A stretch of 64,000 nt of DNA, taken from positions 5,338-69,337 of the forward strand of contig JAUVDV010000021.1 in the NCBI GenBank assembly GCA_030595125.1, written 5' to 3'. Source of the DNA: Deltaproteobacteria bacterium (lineage in GTDB: Bacteria; Myxococcota_A; Polyangia; JAAYKL01). The position numbers and the translations under genes were made by a program. Each line of letters begins with the position of its first letter. Within the stretch, counting starts at the first letter, position 1. Positions 16,556 through 25,931 of this stretch are shown here, piece by piece. The notes under the pieces are model-generated. The model saw only the letters and a program-made list of their open reading frames with translations, searched no databases and was not told the DNA's origin.

Positions 16556-17294
16556 GTTGGTCCTGCAAGTGACGGCATACCAGCTGTACGAACGGGCTTT
16601 CGTGCTCCGGGTCCAGGTCTCCGGGGTTGCCGGTGAATACAATCCGCCCCCCGTCCATCACGGCGACATTGTCTCCCAGACGTTGGGCCTCCGAGGGGTC
16701 GTGGGTGACGTGAATGACCGTTGACCCATGTTGTTCAAAGAGCGACGCGAAGAGGTCCAGCAAGTCATCACGCAAACCAATATCCAGATTTGACAGAGGC
16801 TCGTCCAGAAGCACGGCGTCTGGTTCGAGCACCAATGCCCTGGCAATGGCAACCCGTTGCTGCTCGCCGCCCGAGAGCCGGGCAGGGTAGCGCCGGGCCA
16901 TGTTCTCGAGATCAACCTCCGCAAGAACGCGGGCGATCCTCTTTTTCTGTTCGTCACGAGCAACGCGTCTGGATTGCAGGCCGAAAGAAAGGTTCTCCTC
17001 GACAGTGAGGTGTGGCCACAGCGCCAGGTCTTGCAAAACCACAGCGAGATTTCTTTCCTCCGGAGGTGTATGGACTCTTCCCTTATCGCTGACCACGTCG
17101 CCCCGCAGCCGTACCAGACCACGGCTCGGAGCTGCGAATCCCATTATAATTCTCAACAGAGTCGACTTGCCCGAACCCGATGGGCCAAGTAACGACAGCA
17201 CTTCGCCCCTGGAGATTTCGAGTGATATGCTATCGAGAATCTGTGTCCGGTTGTAACCAAATGACACGTCTTGCAATGCGATGACGACGCTCAT
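16548..17294 (-). CDS. ABC transporter ATP-binding protein (Fe3+/thiamine-type importer)
   Basis: Walker A GPSGSGKST, signature LSGGEQQRV, Walker B LLDEP, H-loop. Confidence 0.85.
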   Translation of the reverse strand: MSVVIALQDVSFGYNRTQILDSISLEISRGEVLSLLGPSGSGKSTLLRIIMGFAAPSRGLVRLRGDVVSDKGRVHTPPEERNLAVVLQDLALWPHLTVEENLSFGLQSRRVARDEQKKRIARVLAEVDLENMARRYPARLSGGEQQRVAIARALVLEPDAVLLDEPLSNLDIGLRDDLLDLFASLFEQHGSTVIHVTHDPSEAQRLGDNVAVMDGGRIVFTGNPGDLDPEHESPFVQLVCRHLQDQRR

Positions 17295-18874
17295 GTCCGT
17301 CTCCTTGTCCGCAGCAGAAATCCGCCCAACGCCAGCAATACGGCGGTAAGCCCGGCATGTAAGATCGACAGCGCAGCTACAACGTCTTCGGGTCCGTTGG
17401 CCTCCAGAGTGAAGATGCGAATGGGCAGGGTCTCATAGCCTGCGGGATAAAAGACCACAACCGTTTCAAGATCGCGCAGACAAAAGACGGCCGCGATCAA
17501 CCACGCCACGAAGATCCTTCGTGAATGCATGGGTATGATGATCCGTCTCAGACGCCGCAGATAGCTGCCGCCGAATGCGCAAGCGGCGTCCTCGTAATCT
17601 GGTGAACTACTGCTCAACACTGCTGCGATGGTTCGCACGCCGATCACAGAATAGCGGGCAATCATCCCCACCACCATGATCGCCGCCGTGGCGTAGACGA
17701 ATTGTGTGCCAGGGCGGTTCCAGGTCGCCACGAGTCCCACGCCCAGGACAGCAGCAGGGGTAACGAACGCCAGTACCGCAGCGCCGTCGAGAAAGGAGCT
17801 CCCGCGTTTGCGACGCGCCAACCGGTGTCCAATGATTGTTCCGAGCACGGTAATGCCGGTAGCGCCGGCCGAGGCCACGAGGAGGCTGTTGATCAGGCTG
17901 TCACCCATCCATCGGCCCAGCCCTTCGAACCCGCTCAGTCCAGCCCTTGATCCCAGCGCTGCTATCGGAACAAAACCGAGGCCGCATATTATCCATACGG
18001 CAATACTGGCCGGAGCTCTCCACCGGCCAAGGTGGAAAATATTCCCTTGCGCCGAGCGGACGCCCATCGAGGCAAACGAGCGTCGCCCGATGAAGCGGCG
18101 TTCGATGAGGAGCAGGAGCAGCGCTATCCCTAGCAATGGAAGAACCAGCGCGAAGGCCTCTCCGGGCGCATAGTCTATTCCCCCGAGACGTGTGAACACT
18201 GCGGCCGCGTATGTCTTGACACGCAAGAACATTGGCACGCCGATTTCGGAAATGCTGAGTGCAAACACTACCAGAGCCGCAAGGGCGATGACCGGCCACA
18301 TCAGAGGTATGAGGATTCGCGTGATAACCCGCGCCGGGCGTGCGACGGATCGGGCAGCCTCTTCCAGGGATGGATCGATCCCTCGCAGACCAAGCACGGT
18401 CAACCCTGTTACCACCGGAGAAAACGCAAATCCCAGAGTGCCGATGAGTCCCGCCGGGCCAAAAAACAACTGCGAGGTATTTTGCGAACCCATCGCTCCT
18501 TGTTGACCGAACAAATGAAACCAGCCCAGAGCGACGAGGAACGGGGGGATGAAAAGTGGGAAACCATGCACAAGCAGGGCGATGGGGAGTCCCATGACGT
18601 CAGTTTTTCCGAGCAGCACTCCCATGGGAATACCGATGATGAGCGCGACTGCTGTGATCGCCAGTGCCAGACCAATCGTCCTGGCGAGCAGCGTCCACGT
18701 GCGAGAGGTCCCCAGTGTGGAATCGATCAGAGACAGCCAGTCGTCTGAAGCCAGAAACTCAACCATGAGAAGAACAAGAGGCGCAAGGACAAGGGCGAGC
18801 AGACAAACAACCGCAGACGAGGAAATCAACGGCTCTTGCGCCCTTTGCCATCGCGCGCTCAGAGCCCCACCCAC
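17291..18874 (-). CDS. ABC transporter permease (FbpB/ThiP-like, duplicated TMD)
   Basis: 527 aa, ~12 predicted TM helices in two repeated halves. Overlaps the ATPase gene by 4 nt. Confidence 0.8.
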   Translation of the reverse strand: MGGALSARWQRAQEPLISSSAVVCLLALVLAPLVLLMVEFLASDDWLSLIDSTLGTSRTWTLLARTIGLALAITAVALIIGIPMGVLLGKTDVMGLPIALLVHGFPLFIPPFLVALGWFHLFGQQGAMGSQNTSQLFFGPAGLIGTLGFAFSPVVTGLTVLGLRGIDPSLEEAARSVARPARVITRILIPLMWPVIALAALVVFALSISEIGVPMFLRVKTYAAAVFTRLGGIDYAPGEAFALVLPLLGIALLLLLIERRFIGRRSFASMGVRSAQGNIFHLGRWRAPASIAVWIICGLGFVPIAALGSRAGLSGFEGLGRWMGDSLINSLLVASAGATGITVLGTIIGHRLARRKRGSSFLDGAAVLAFVTPAAVLGVGLVATWNRPGTQFVYATAAIMVVGMIARYSVIGVRTIAAVLSSSSPDYEDAACAFGGSYLRRLRRIIIPMHSRRIFVAWLIAAVFCLRDLETVVVFYPAGYETLPIRIFTLEANGPEDVVAALSILHAGLTAVLLALGGFLLRTRRRT

Positions 18875-19902
18875 TCTCGCAACCAGGGCTGTATCCTGTT
18901 CATCGTATTTGCCACTTTTGGATAGTCGACGCTCATTACCCGGATGTCTTGCGCACGCATGACACCGGGCGGTGTGGTGACGCCGCTGCGCAACGGCATA
19001 TGAGCAGCGGATTCTGCCATCTTGTGCTCCACCCGGGCATCGAGCAGGCAGTCGATCAGGAGCCGGCCCGCCTTTGCGTTGGGACCATCCCTGATGAGCA
19101 CTACCGTCGTGGGCATGAACAGGGTCCCCATACCGTCCTGGTCGGGATACACGATCGAAACAGGAACGCCTGATTGCACAGCCTGGTAGGCGTCGTCGGT
19201 GTCGGTCAATCCGAATGCAATCTCGCCTGCGGTTACAAGCCGTTTGACTTCTCCGTTGGAGCTCGCAATGCGCACGTTATTTTCTTTTATTGATTTGAGA
19301 AAGTTGCGCGCCTCATCATCACCCCACTTTGCAAACAGGGATGCCACATGCATGGTCGTCGTGCCGAAAAGCGGGTTGGCGATAGCTGTCTGTCCGCGCC
19401 ATCGGGAGTCGGCCAGATCCCGTATGGACCGGGGCATGGCGTCAGCAGTTACAAGGTTGGTGTTTACCAGCAGAACGCGTGCACGCGCTGCGAAACCGGT
19501 CCAGTTTCCGTCCGGGGATTTGAAGGTTGCGGGAAGCCCCTGAGCCCGGGCCGATGTGTATGGTTCCACCAATTTCTTGTCGATGAGCACAAAGGGGCGC
19601 ACCGGGTCACCGGACCAGAAAACGTCAGCCTGTGGTTGATTGGCCTCGGCGATCAGTCTGTTGAGAACACCGGTACTCTTGGTTTCCTCAGTGTCAAAAA
19701 CCGCTTTCACATGCAGCCCCTCGGTCTCTTCACAGTGACGGAAGATGGGTTCGGAGAACACTTGATCCACTGATGTGTACACAACGACTTGCGCGCCCCT
19801 GCTGTCCTCGCCGCAACGGCAGCCATGCCCGATGACAAGTGCAAGAAATACAAGGAGGAACATGGATGCTCTCGTATTTGGCACCGATTTTTTCATGATC
19901 AT
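18859..19902 (-). CDS. ABC transporter periplasmic substrate-binding protein (FbpA/ThiB-like)
   Basis: Signal peptide; family-1 solute-binding fold features; operon partner of the permease and ATPase. Confidence 0.75.
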   Translation of the reverse strand: MIMKKSVPNTRASMFLLVFLALVIGHGCRCGEDSRGAQVVVYTSVDQVFSEPIFRHCEETEGLHVKAVFDTEETKSTGVLNRLIAEANQPQADVFWSGDPVRPFVLIDKKLVEPYTSARAQGLPATFKSPDGNWTGFAARARVLLVNTNLVTADAMPRSIRDLADSRWRGQTAIANPLFGTTTMHVASLFAKWGDDEARNFLKSIKENNVRIASSNGEVKRLVTAGEIAFGLTDTDDAYQAVQSGVPVSIVYPDQDGMGTLFMPTTVVLIRDGPNAKAGRLLIDCLLDARVEHKMAESAAHMPLRSGVTTPPGVMRAQDIRVMSVDYPKVANTMNRIQPWLREWVGL

Positions 19903-20558
19903 TGCGCCGGAGATGGGGCTTCGCTTACCGAAAGATCATCAAACTGGGTTACTGCGTCTGCCTTTGTCCATAGCCCGATCTTGCCCGCATTGGAGAATGT
20001 AGTGTCGTGAACATCGAGATGTTTTTCGCCGTTGAGATAACACTCGATGTGGTCTTCCCGCATGACAATTTTCAGGACATGCCACGCCTCGTGATCGATG
20101 CGCAATGCAGCGCTTTCCAGTTGTTTTCGTTGGCCATCCACCACCTTGTAGACCCGGAAATTGTCCTCGAGGGGGTTGTAACGCGCGACGTAATAGTTGT
20201 TCACGTCTTGGGCGCGCCAGACAAGCCCACCACCCTGATCGACGCGGCCGGATACGGAGCGCAGCCGGACTGAAATATCAACATCCCGGTAGCTGGAATT
20301 CTCCACCAACGCGACGTTGTAGATATGGTCTTCACTTGCGGCAAGTTGCGCCAGAACATGCGATTTGCTCCGCGCGGATTCATCGGTAGCGATCTGCCAC
20401 TTGCCAATCAAAGAAGTGAACCCGGCCGGCAGTTGTTCTGCAACGTCTTCTTCAAATCCCCATTTGTGGATAGTCGTTTCGTTTTCGCCGCTCCTGTCAC
20501 CACCACATCCACCGCAGACCGACACGGTTGCAAACATTGTCAAAACCAGGACCTTCAT
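19899..20558 (-). CDS. hypothetical lipoprotein (DUF1080/laminin-G-like jelly-roll)
   Basis: MKVLVLTMFATVSVCGGC lipobox. LVWRAQDVNNYYVARYNP...HVLKIVMREDHIECYLNG resembles 3-keto-disaccharide-hydrolase-like domains. Confidence 0.5.
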   Translation of the reverse strand: MKVLVLTMFATVSVCGGCGGDRSGENETTIHKWGFEEDVAEQLPAGFTSLIGKWQIATDESARSKSHVLAQLAASEDHIYNVALVENSSYRDVDISVRLRSVSGRVDQGGGLVWRAQDVNNYYVARYNPLEDNFRVYKVVDGQRKQLESAALRIDHEAWHVLKIVMREDHIECYLNGEKHLDVHDTTFSNAGKIGLWTKADAVTQFDDLSVSEAPSPAQ

Positions 20559-20736
20559 CTTTTTACCCTTCCTTGGCCGAGAATGAAGCAGCCTACCAGT
20601 GATTGTGAAAGGACGCCAAGAGGGTGGATGGAGAGGGTGGATGAAGGATATCTTCCGGATGCTCGACCCGGGTTGCAAATCAGGATAAAAGGCCTATGGA
20701 AACAGCCTGATCGGCTTTGTTATTGGAGTAAATGTT

Positions 20737-22005
20737 TTGAGAGAACGTATGAAGACGGACATCGTTCTTTGCGGCTACGACATGATCACGCCGCTGGGCG
20801 AAGGTCTCGACGATCAGTGGGATGCGTTCGCCGCCGGAAAGTCGGGGATAGACCGGGTGGGTCGATTCGAAGTCTCGGACGACTATCCTGTCAGGGTTTC
20901 CGGCGAGGTGCCAGCGGTCGACTTTTCAAGGTACGATTTCTGGAGCGAGCGCAACGCTGCCAACTGGTTCTCGCCTGTCATTTTTCACTCAATGCTGGTG
21001 GCGCAAAAAGCGCTTTCCCATGCGGGCATGACCATCGACGACGACAACGCCGGGCGCGTGGGCATCACGTTCTCCTCGGCCATCGGCGGTCTGGATGCCA
21101 TGATCAAGGCCGAGTCCAGGCTCCAGGAGGGGCTCACCCCGCACCCGTTCACCAACCCCAACGGATGTCTCAACCTCGTGGGCGGCAAGGTGTCCATCCA
21201 CACCGGCGCCAGGGGGCCGATCTTCAGCCCGGTGGCGGCCTGCGCAACGGGGAGCGCATCGGTGGCGACGGCGGCCATGTTGCTGCAGACCGGCAGGGCG
21301 GACGCGGTGATCGCCGGGGCCTGCGATTTTCCGGTCATCCCTTCGCTCCTGGCTTCCTTCGCGTCCATGAACGGCGCGTTTCAGAGCCGCAAGACAGACG
21401 ATCGCAGTCACGACGAACCCGCCAAAGCATCGCGTCCGTTCTCGGTCGATCGGAAGGGTTTCGTGGTCTCCGAGGGGGCGGCCGCTATCCTTGTCGCCAC
21501 CCGCGGATTCGCCGACTCGAACGGCCTGCCGGTGAGGGCGGTGATAGAGGGCATCGGCATGACGTCAGACGCGAGGCACTACGTTGCGCCGGCACTACCG
21601 ACCATCACCAAGTGTATTGAGGAGGCTATTTCCGACGCGGGTGTCAGGCCTCGGGACATTCAGGCCGTCAACGCCCACGCGGCGTCCACCGGAGTTGGAG
21701 ATGCCACCGAGGTCAAGGCGCTTAAGGCGGTCTTTGGCGATGATTTTCAGCTCCCCGTTTCCGCCAACAAGTCCCAGATCGGACACACAATGGGCGCGTC
21801 GAGCGCCATCGAACTGATCATGACTTCGGAGGGTATCCGAAAATCTGCCCTGCTTCCCACGATCAATCACGAGCCCGATCCAAAGCTGGACATCGACGTT
21901 GTCTCCGAGGGTTCCCGCCCAATGGAACATCACCGAGTGCTCTCCAATTCCTTCGGCTTCGGCGGCTGCAACGTCTGCCTGGTCGTGGGAAAGGGCGACG
22001 TCTGA
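20737..22005 (+). CDS. beta-ketoacyl-ACP synthase II-like (FabF family)
   Basis: Active-site Cys (VAACATGSASV), catalytic His residues (NAHAASTGVGD, IGHTMGASS), C-terminal NSFGFGGCNV. Confidence 0.8.
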   Translation: MRERMKTDIVLCGYDMITPLGEGLDDQWDAFAAGKSGIDRVGRFEVSDDYPVRVSGEVPAVDFSRYDFWSERNAANWFSPVIFHSMLVAQKALSHAGMTIDDDNAGRVGITFSSAIGGLDAMIKAESRLQEGLTPHPFTNPNGCLNLVGGKVSIHTGARGPIFSPVAACATGSASVATAAMLLQTGRADAVIAGACDFPVIPSLLASFASMNGAFQSRKTDDRSHDEPAKASRPFSVDRKGFVVSEGAAAILVATRGFADSNGLPVRAVIEGIGMTSDARHYVAPALPTITKCIEEAISDAGVRPRDIQAVNAHAASTGVGDATEVKALKAVFGDDFQLPVSANKSQIGHTMGASSAIELIMTSEGIRKSALLPTINHEPDPKLDIDVVSEGSRPMEHHRVLSNSFGFGGCNVCLVVGKGDV

Positions 22006-22012
22006 CCGCAAC

Positions 22013-23389
22013 ATGAAAGACAAGAACAACGATCGGCTGGACGAGTTCCTGGAGCGTCCCAAAAGAGCCGTGTGGGTTGTCGCAGCCCCCATGATGGCCG
22101 GTTTCATGGTTCACGCATTCTACGCGATTGTCGACGCCGCGTTCATCGGCCGGTTGGGGCCCGAGGCCCTCGCGGCGGCCACGTACGTCGGGGCGTTCTT
22201 CTTTGCCGCCATAGCGTTCACCAACGGGCTCGCCACCGGGATAACGGCGACGGTCGCGCAGGCCATAGGCAGGAGGGACACGGAGAGAACCCACCGGCTG
22301 GCCTCCAACGGGCTCACCCTGGGGCTGTTGATCGGCGTGTTGTTCGCCGCTTCGGGGCTGCTGTTCGGCCAGGAATTGATCGCGTTGATGGGAGCGACAG
22401 GCAAGAGCGCCGATCTGGCGTGGGACTACCTGACTCCCATCTGCATAGGTATGCCGCTGTTCTTTATCTCCACCGCCGTCCGGGCCGTACTGAATGGAGA
22501 AGGTGACGCCAGGACACCGATGATCATCCTGACCATCGCCACCCTGGTAAACGTGGCCCTGGATCCCATCTTCATTTTTACGCTGGGCTGGGGTATCAGG
22601 GGCGCCGCTTACGCCACCGTGCTCGCCCAGGCCATAGCCCTGTCCTGTTTCGTCTACGTGGTCTTCATTCGCAGGCGTATCAACGCCCGTTTCCGGTTGT
22701 CTCTCATGCCGCCTAAGGCGACGTTCATCAAGGAGATCGCCGCCGTCGGTATTCCCATGACTGCGGGCCACATCATCATGGCGGCGGGGATGGGGCTCAC
22801 CAACAAGGTGGTCTCGAAATTCGGCCAGATTGCGGTCACCGGCTACGGCGCGGGCAGCAAGGTGGACATGCTTGTGGCGCTTCCTGTTCTGGGGCTGGCG
22901 GCCGCATCGGTGACCATCATCGGTATGTTCGCCGGGGCGGGTCGGGCCGACCTTGTGAGATCCACCGCGCTGTACACATTCCGATGGGCCATCACAACGG
23001 CCGTCGTGATGGGCGCTTGCGCCTTCCTCGTCTCCGGGACGCTGATCGGTATATTCACCGATGATCCAACGGCGCTCCAGATAGGCAGGGAATACATCCA
23101 CTTCACGGTGTTCGCCTATCCGTTCATGGCCTTCGGTATGACCTCGGGACGGATCCTCCAGGGGCTCGGCTTTGGAGTGCCCACAATGATCATCACGGCC
23201 CTGCGCGTCATTGTCGTCGGGGTCGGCGGATCGTACATCGCGGTGTACGGGTTCGACGCTCCCATCGAAGCGGTCTGGTTATCCTTCATCTGCGGGGGAT
23301 TCTTCGCCAATGTCCTGGCCCTTTTCTGGGTGCGACTGTACGTGTGGAAGCGCGATCCCTGCGTCCTGGCGGAAAGAGCGAGAATGTAG
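22013..23389 (+). CDS. MATE-family efflux transporter
   Basis: 12-TM protein with two MatE-like halves; starts 8 nt after the KAS stop. Confidence 0.8.
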   Translation: MKDKNNDRLDEFLERPKRAVWVVAAPMMAGFMVHAFYAIVDAAFIGRLGPEALAAATYVGAFFFAAIAFTNGLATGITATVAQAIGRRDTERTHRLASNGLTLGLLIGVLFAASGLLFGQELIALMGATGKSADLAWDYLTPICIGMPLFFISTAVRAVLNGEGDARTPMIILTIATLVNVALDPIFIFTLGWGIRGAAYATVLAQAIALSCFVYVVFIRRRINARFRLSLMPPKATFIKEIAAVGIPMTAGHIIMAAGMGLTNKVVSKFGQIAVTGYGAGSKVDMLVALPVLGLAAASVTIIGMFAGAGRADLVRSTALYTFRWAITTAVVMGACAFLVSGTLIGIFTDDPTALQIGREYIHFTVFAYPFMAFGMTSGRILQGLGFGVPTMIITALRVIVVGVGGSYIAVYGFDAPIEAVWLSFICGGFFANVLALFWVRLYVWKRDPCVLAERARM

Positions 23390-23466
23390 GCAGGACCGAA
23401 TTTTCTTTTTCCGAAATCCCGGCGTGCGATAATGATAGAGTTCAGACGAGAGAAAGAGAGGCCGGG

Positions 23467-23925
23467 ATGTCCAGGGTTCTTGTTGCGTTGCAGCTGTGTG
23501 CGTTGTTGGTTTGCATCTCGTGTGACGACGGCGAAAAAGATCCGGGGCCGTTCGTGGCGCAGGGATGGATCGCGCGGTGCGAGAACCGCTGCGATCAAAT
23601 GGAGAAATGCAATTACGATCAATTTGTTTTTGACCATGGGGATTGGGACAATTGCTACCGGGCTTGCGAATCGAGGTTGACCAGGGATGAGAATGTGCAA
23701 TTCATCGAGCAAACCCCCGATGCCTGTCTACAAGCGCTGTACAGCGATGTGAAATGCGTCTTCGCCCTGAACTGCGAGAACCTGAGCGCGTGGGAGGATA
23801 TGAGTGGCGACAGCTACCCGTGCTCGTCGGATGACAACGCCGCCGACAATGCTTGTGAGGGGATTGTTACCGATGATTTCCTGGAAGATTGTGGGTTTCC
23901 GGTGGAAACCTACACCCCGGAATAG
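23467..23925 (+). CDS. small Cys-rich lipoprotein
   Basis: MSRVLVALQLCALLVCISC lipobox; 14 Cys. Confidence 0.45.
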   Translation: MSRVLVALQLCALLVCISCDDGEKDPGPFVAQGWIARCENRCDQMEKCNYDQFVFDHGDWDNCYRACESRLTRDENVQFIEQTPDACLQALYSDVKCVFALNCENLSAWEDMSGDSYPCSSDDNAADNACEGIVTDDFLEDCGFPVETYTPE

Positions 23926-23941
23926 GGGGCTTTTGTAGGGC

Positions 23942-25048
23942 ATGAAAACAAATGAGGGAATGATGGGGATTAAATCTGAACGCTGTCTTTCAATGTTGAC
24001 CATTTCAATACTGGCAATCGTGGCGTCCTGCGGGGCGAGCGCGCCGACCGATCTCGAGACAGGGCCCACCGGACTCACATGCGAAGAAACACAAGACACG
24101 GTGGAACTAATGATGGCGGGGTGGTCAGCCGCTCACATGTCGATGTTGCAATCCGCCGCCGACAAGAGTGTGCTGGTGGTCAGATACGACGGTTGCGAGC
24201 TGGAGCTGCTGCCGGACTGTCACCTGGAGGGCGGCTACCAGGACAGGGAGACCGCTCGCTCCAACCAGAAAATTATAATCAGAAATGTCGAGGAACTCCA
24301 TGAGGAGCTTCCCCTGAACGCTTCGAGCCTGGAGGACGAGGTTGTCGATGACGCGAGCCTGGTGCTGTCATTTGTGACAGTCGGGACTCGCAGCGCAAGG
24401 ATCAGCCCCAGCAGCAAGGGAATGATCGTGGGCAACTGCGAGAGGGCAACCCATTTCGTCCGCTCCATCGTGGTGGGCGCCTACGAGCTTGGTTCAATCA
24501 GCAGCGGCGGCGACCTGGAGAAGTGTCGAGACGGCGAGGTCGACATGGACGAGATGGACTGCCAGGGGGTGGTGCAGGTGTTGTTGACTCCTCTCTTTGA
24601 AATGTCGTCGGAACGAGACGACCTGTATGGGAACGTCTCGGATACAATGAAGATGGAGGCGGCGGTGAATGCGTTCCAGTCCATGATGAAGCTCAATCTG
24701 GAAAGCGATAAGGATAGAGGTAGTGCGCAGACTGATCTGGGGGCAAAGATCCTCCGGTTGCCGGACGGTGGTTCGGATGGATGGGATGGTCTGGTCAAGA
24801 GAATACTGGTGGAGGAGTTCGACAGGGACAACTCGGGTTCGATAGACACGACAAAAGAGGTGTCGTCCATATCTTGTGACGTGTTCATCTCCCTCGATCG
24901 CTCTATCCGGGCCGGCCGGGGAGAGTCCGCTTCGCTGCGGACCACGTACGGTTTCCCCCAGCGCTTCCGCTGGGTCGGCGGCGTCCTGGGATTTGACGAA
25001 AAAGCGCGAGTCGTTGCGGACGCGCGCCTGGAGAACTGCGGATTGTAA
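23942..25048 (+). CDS. hypothetical lipoprotein with EF-hand-like loop
   Basis: Lipobox LAIVASC; EFDRDNSGSIDTTKE (DxDxSGxI..E) EF-hand-like calcium loop. Confidence 0.5.
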   Translation: MKTNEGMMGIKSERCLSMLTISILAIVASCGASAPTDLETGPTGLTCEETQDTVELMMAGWSAAHMSMLQSAADKSVLVVRYDGCELELLPDCHLEGGYQDRETARSNQKIIIRNVEELHEELPLNASSLEDEVVDDASLVLSFVTVGTRSARISPSSKGMIVGNCERATHFVRSIVVGAYELGSISSGGDLEKCRDGEVDMDEMDCQGVVQVLLTPLFEMSSERDDLYGNVSDTMKMEAAVNAFQSMMKLNLESDKDRGSAQTDLGAKILRLPDGGSDGWDGLVKRILVEEFDRDNSGSIDTTKEVSSISCDVFISLDRSIRAGRGESASLRTTYGFPQRFRWVGGVLGFDEKARVVADARLENCGL

Positions 25049-25067
25049 ATGGCGCAAGAGGTTTGAG

Positions 25068-25931
25068 ATGAAATGTCTTATTATTCTGGTGTTGACGGCT
25101 GTCATTGCAGGTTTGATACCGGCGTGCGGCGGCGGTGATGGGGGTTACGGCGTTACTGACACAGATACGGACACAGATACAGACTCAGATACCGATACCG
25201 ACGCCGACACTGACACTGACACTGATACAGATACTGACACTGACGCAGATACCGACACTGATACTGATGCTGACGCCGGTATGGATGGAAGCACAGACAC
25301 AGATACAGATACGGATACAGACACAGATACAGATACTGGTACCGACACAGGTACCGATACCGGCACGGATACAGGTACCGACACCGGTACTGACACTGGT
25401 ACGGATACGGACACGGGTTCCGACACGGACACGGGTTCCGACACGGGTACTGATCCATCGGAGGCGTGTCACCCGTCGGCGTACGGGTGGGATCCCGCCT
25501 GGGCGGCGCTGGAAGACCAGGTACTGGTTCTGACCAATATCGAGCGTGCGGCGGGGGCGGATTGCGGGACCGAGGGGGTTTTTCCTGCGGCGGGGCCGGT
25601 CACCATGGAGCCCTATCTGCGGTGCGCGGCCAGGGTTCACAGCCTGGATATGGGCACGACCGACTACTTCAGCCATCTCAGCCCGGGTGGGCCCATCGGC
25701 GACGATCCGTGGGCGCGAGGCGCCAACGCCGGATACACGGGCACAATGGTCGGCGAAAACATCTACGCCGGTTCCTCGACGACCCCCGCGAGCGTTGTGG
25801 CCGGCTGGATGGCCTCGGACGGACACTGCGCCAACATCATGAATGGTACGGCCACCGAGATGGGTGTCGGGTACGCCTACGTGGCCGGTAGCACGTGGGG
25901 GCGGTACTGGACTCAAAATTTTGGATACTGA
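25068..25931 (+). CDS. CAP/SCP/PR-1-like domain lipoprotein with long TD/TG-repeat linker
   Basis: MKCLIILVLTAVIAGLIPAC lipobox; ~100 aa (TD)n; C-terminal CAP-domain motifs HCANIMNG, GVGYAY, YWTQNFG. Confidence 0.7.
   Translation: MKCLIILVLTAVIAGLIPACGGGDGGYGVTDTDTDTDTDSDTDTDADTDTDTDTDTDTDADTDTDTDADAGMDGSTDTDTDTDTDTDTDTGTDTGTDTGTDTGTDTGTDTGTDTDTGSDTDTGSDTGTDPSEACHPSAYGWDPAWAALEDQVLVLTNIERAAGADCGTEGVFPAAGPVTMEPYLRCAARVHSLDMGTTDYFSHLSPGGPIGDDPWARGANAGYTGTMVGENIYAGSSTTPASVVAGWMASDGHCANIMNGTATEMGVGYAYVAGSTWGRYWTQNFGY

Noticed and set aside
25145-25444. Antisense ORFs opposite TD-linker regions translating as SVSVSV/PVSVPV/CRCRYLC (e.g. 25145..25444, 25153..25458, 37961..38425, 38095..38526, 42908..43567, 43002..43418, 54831..55277, 63543..63953, 8081..8275)
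   Set aside because: Artefacts of stop-free hexanucleotide (GACACN)n repeats. The sense-strand lipoproteins have signal peptides and real domains.
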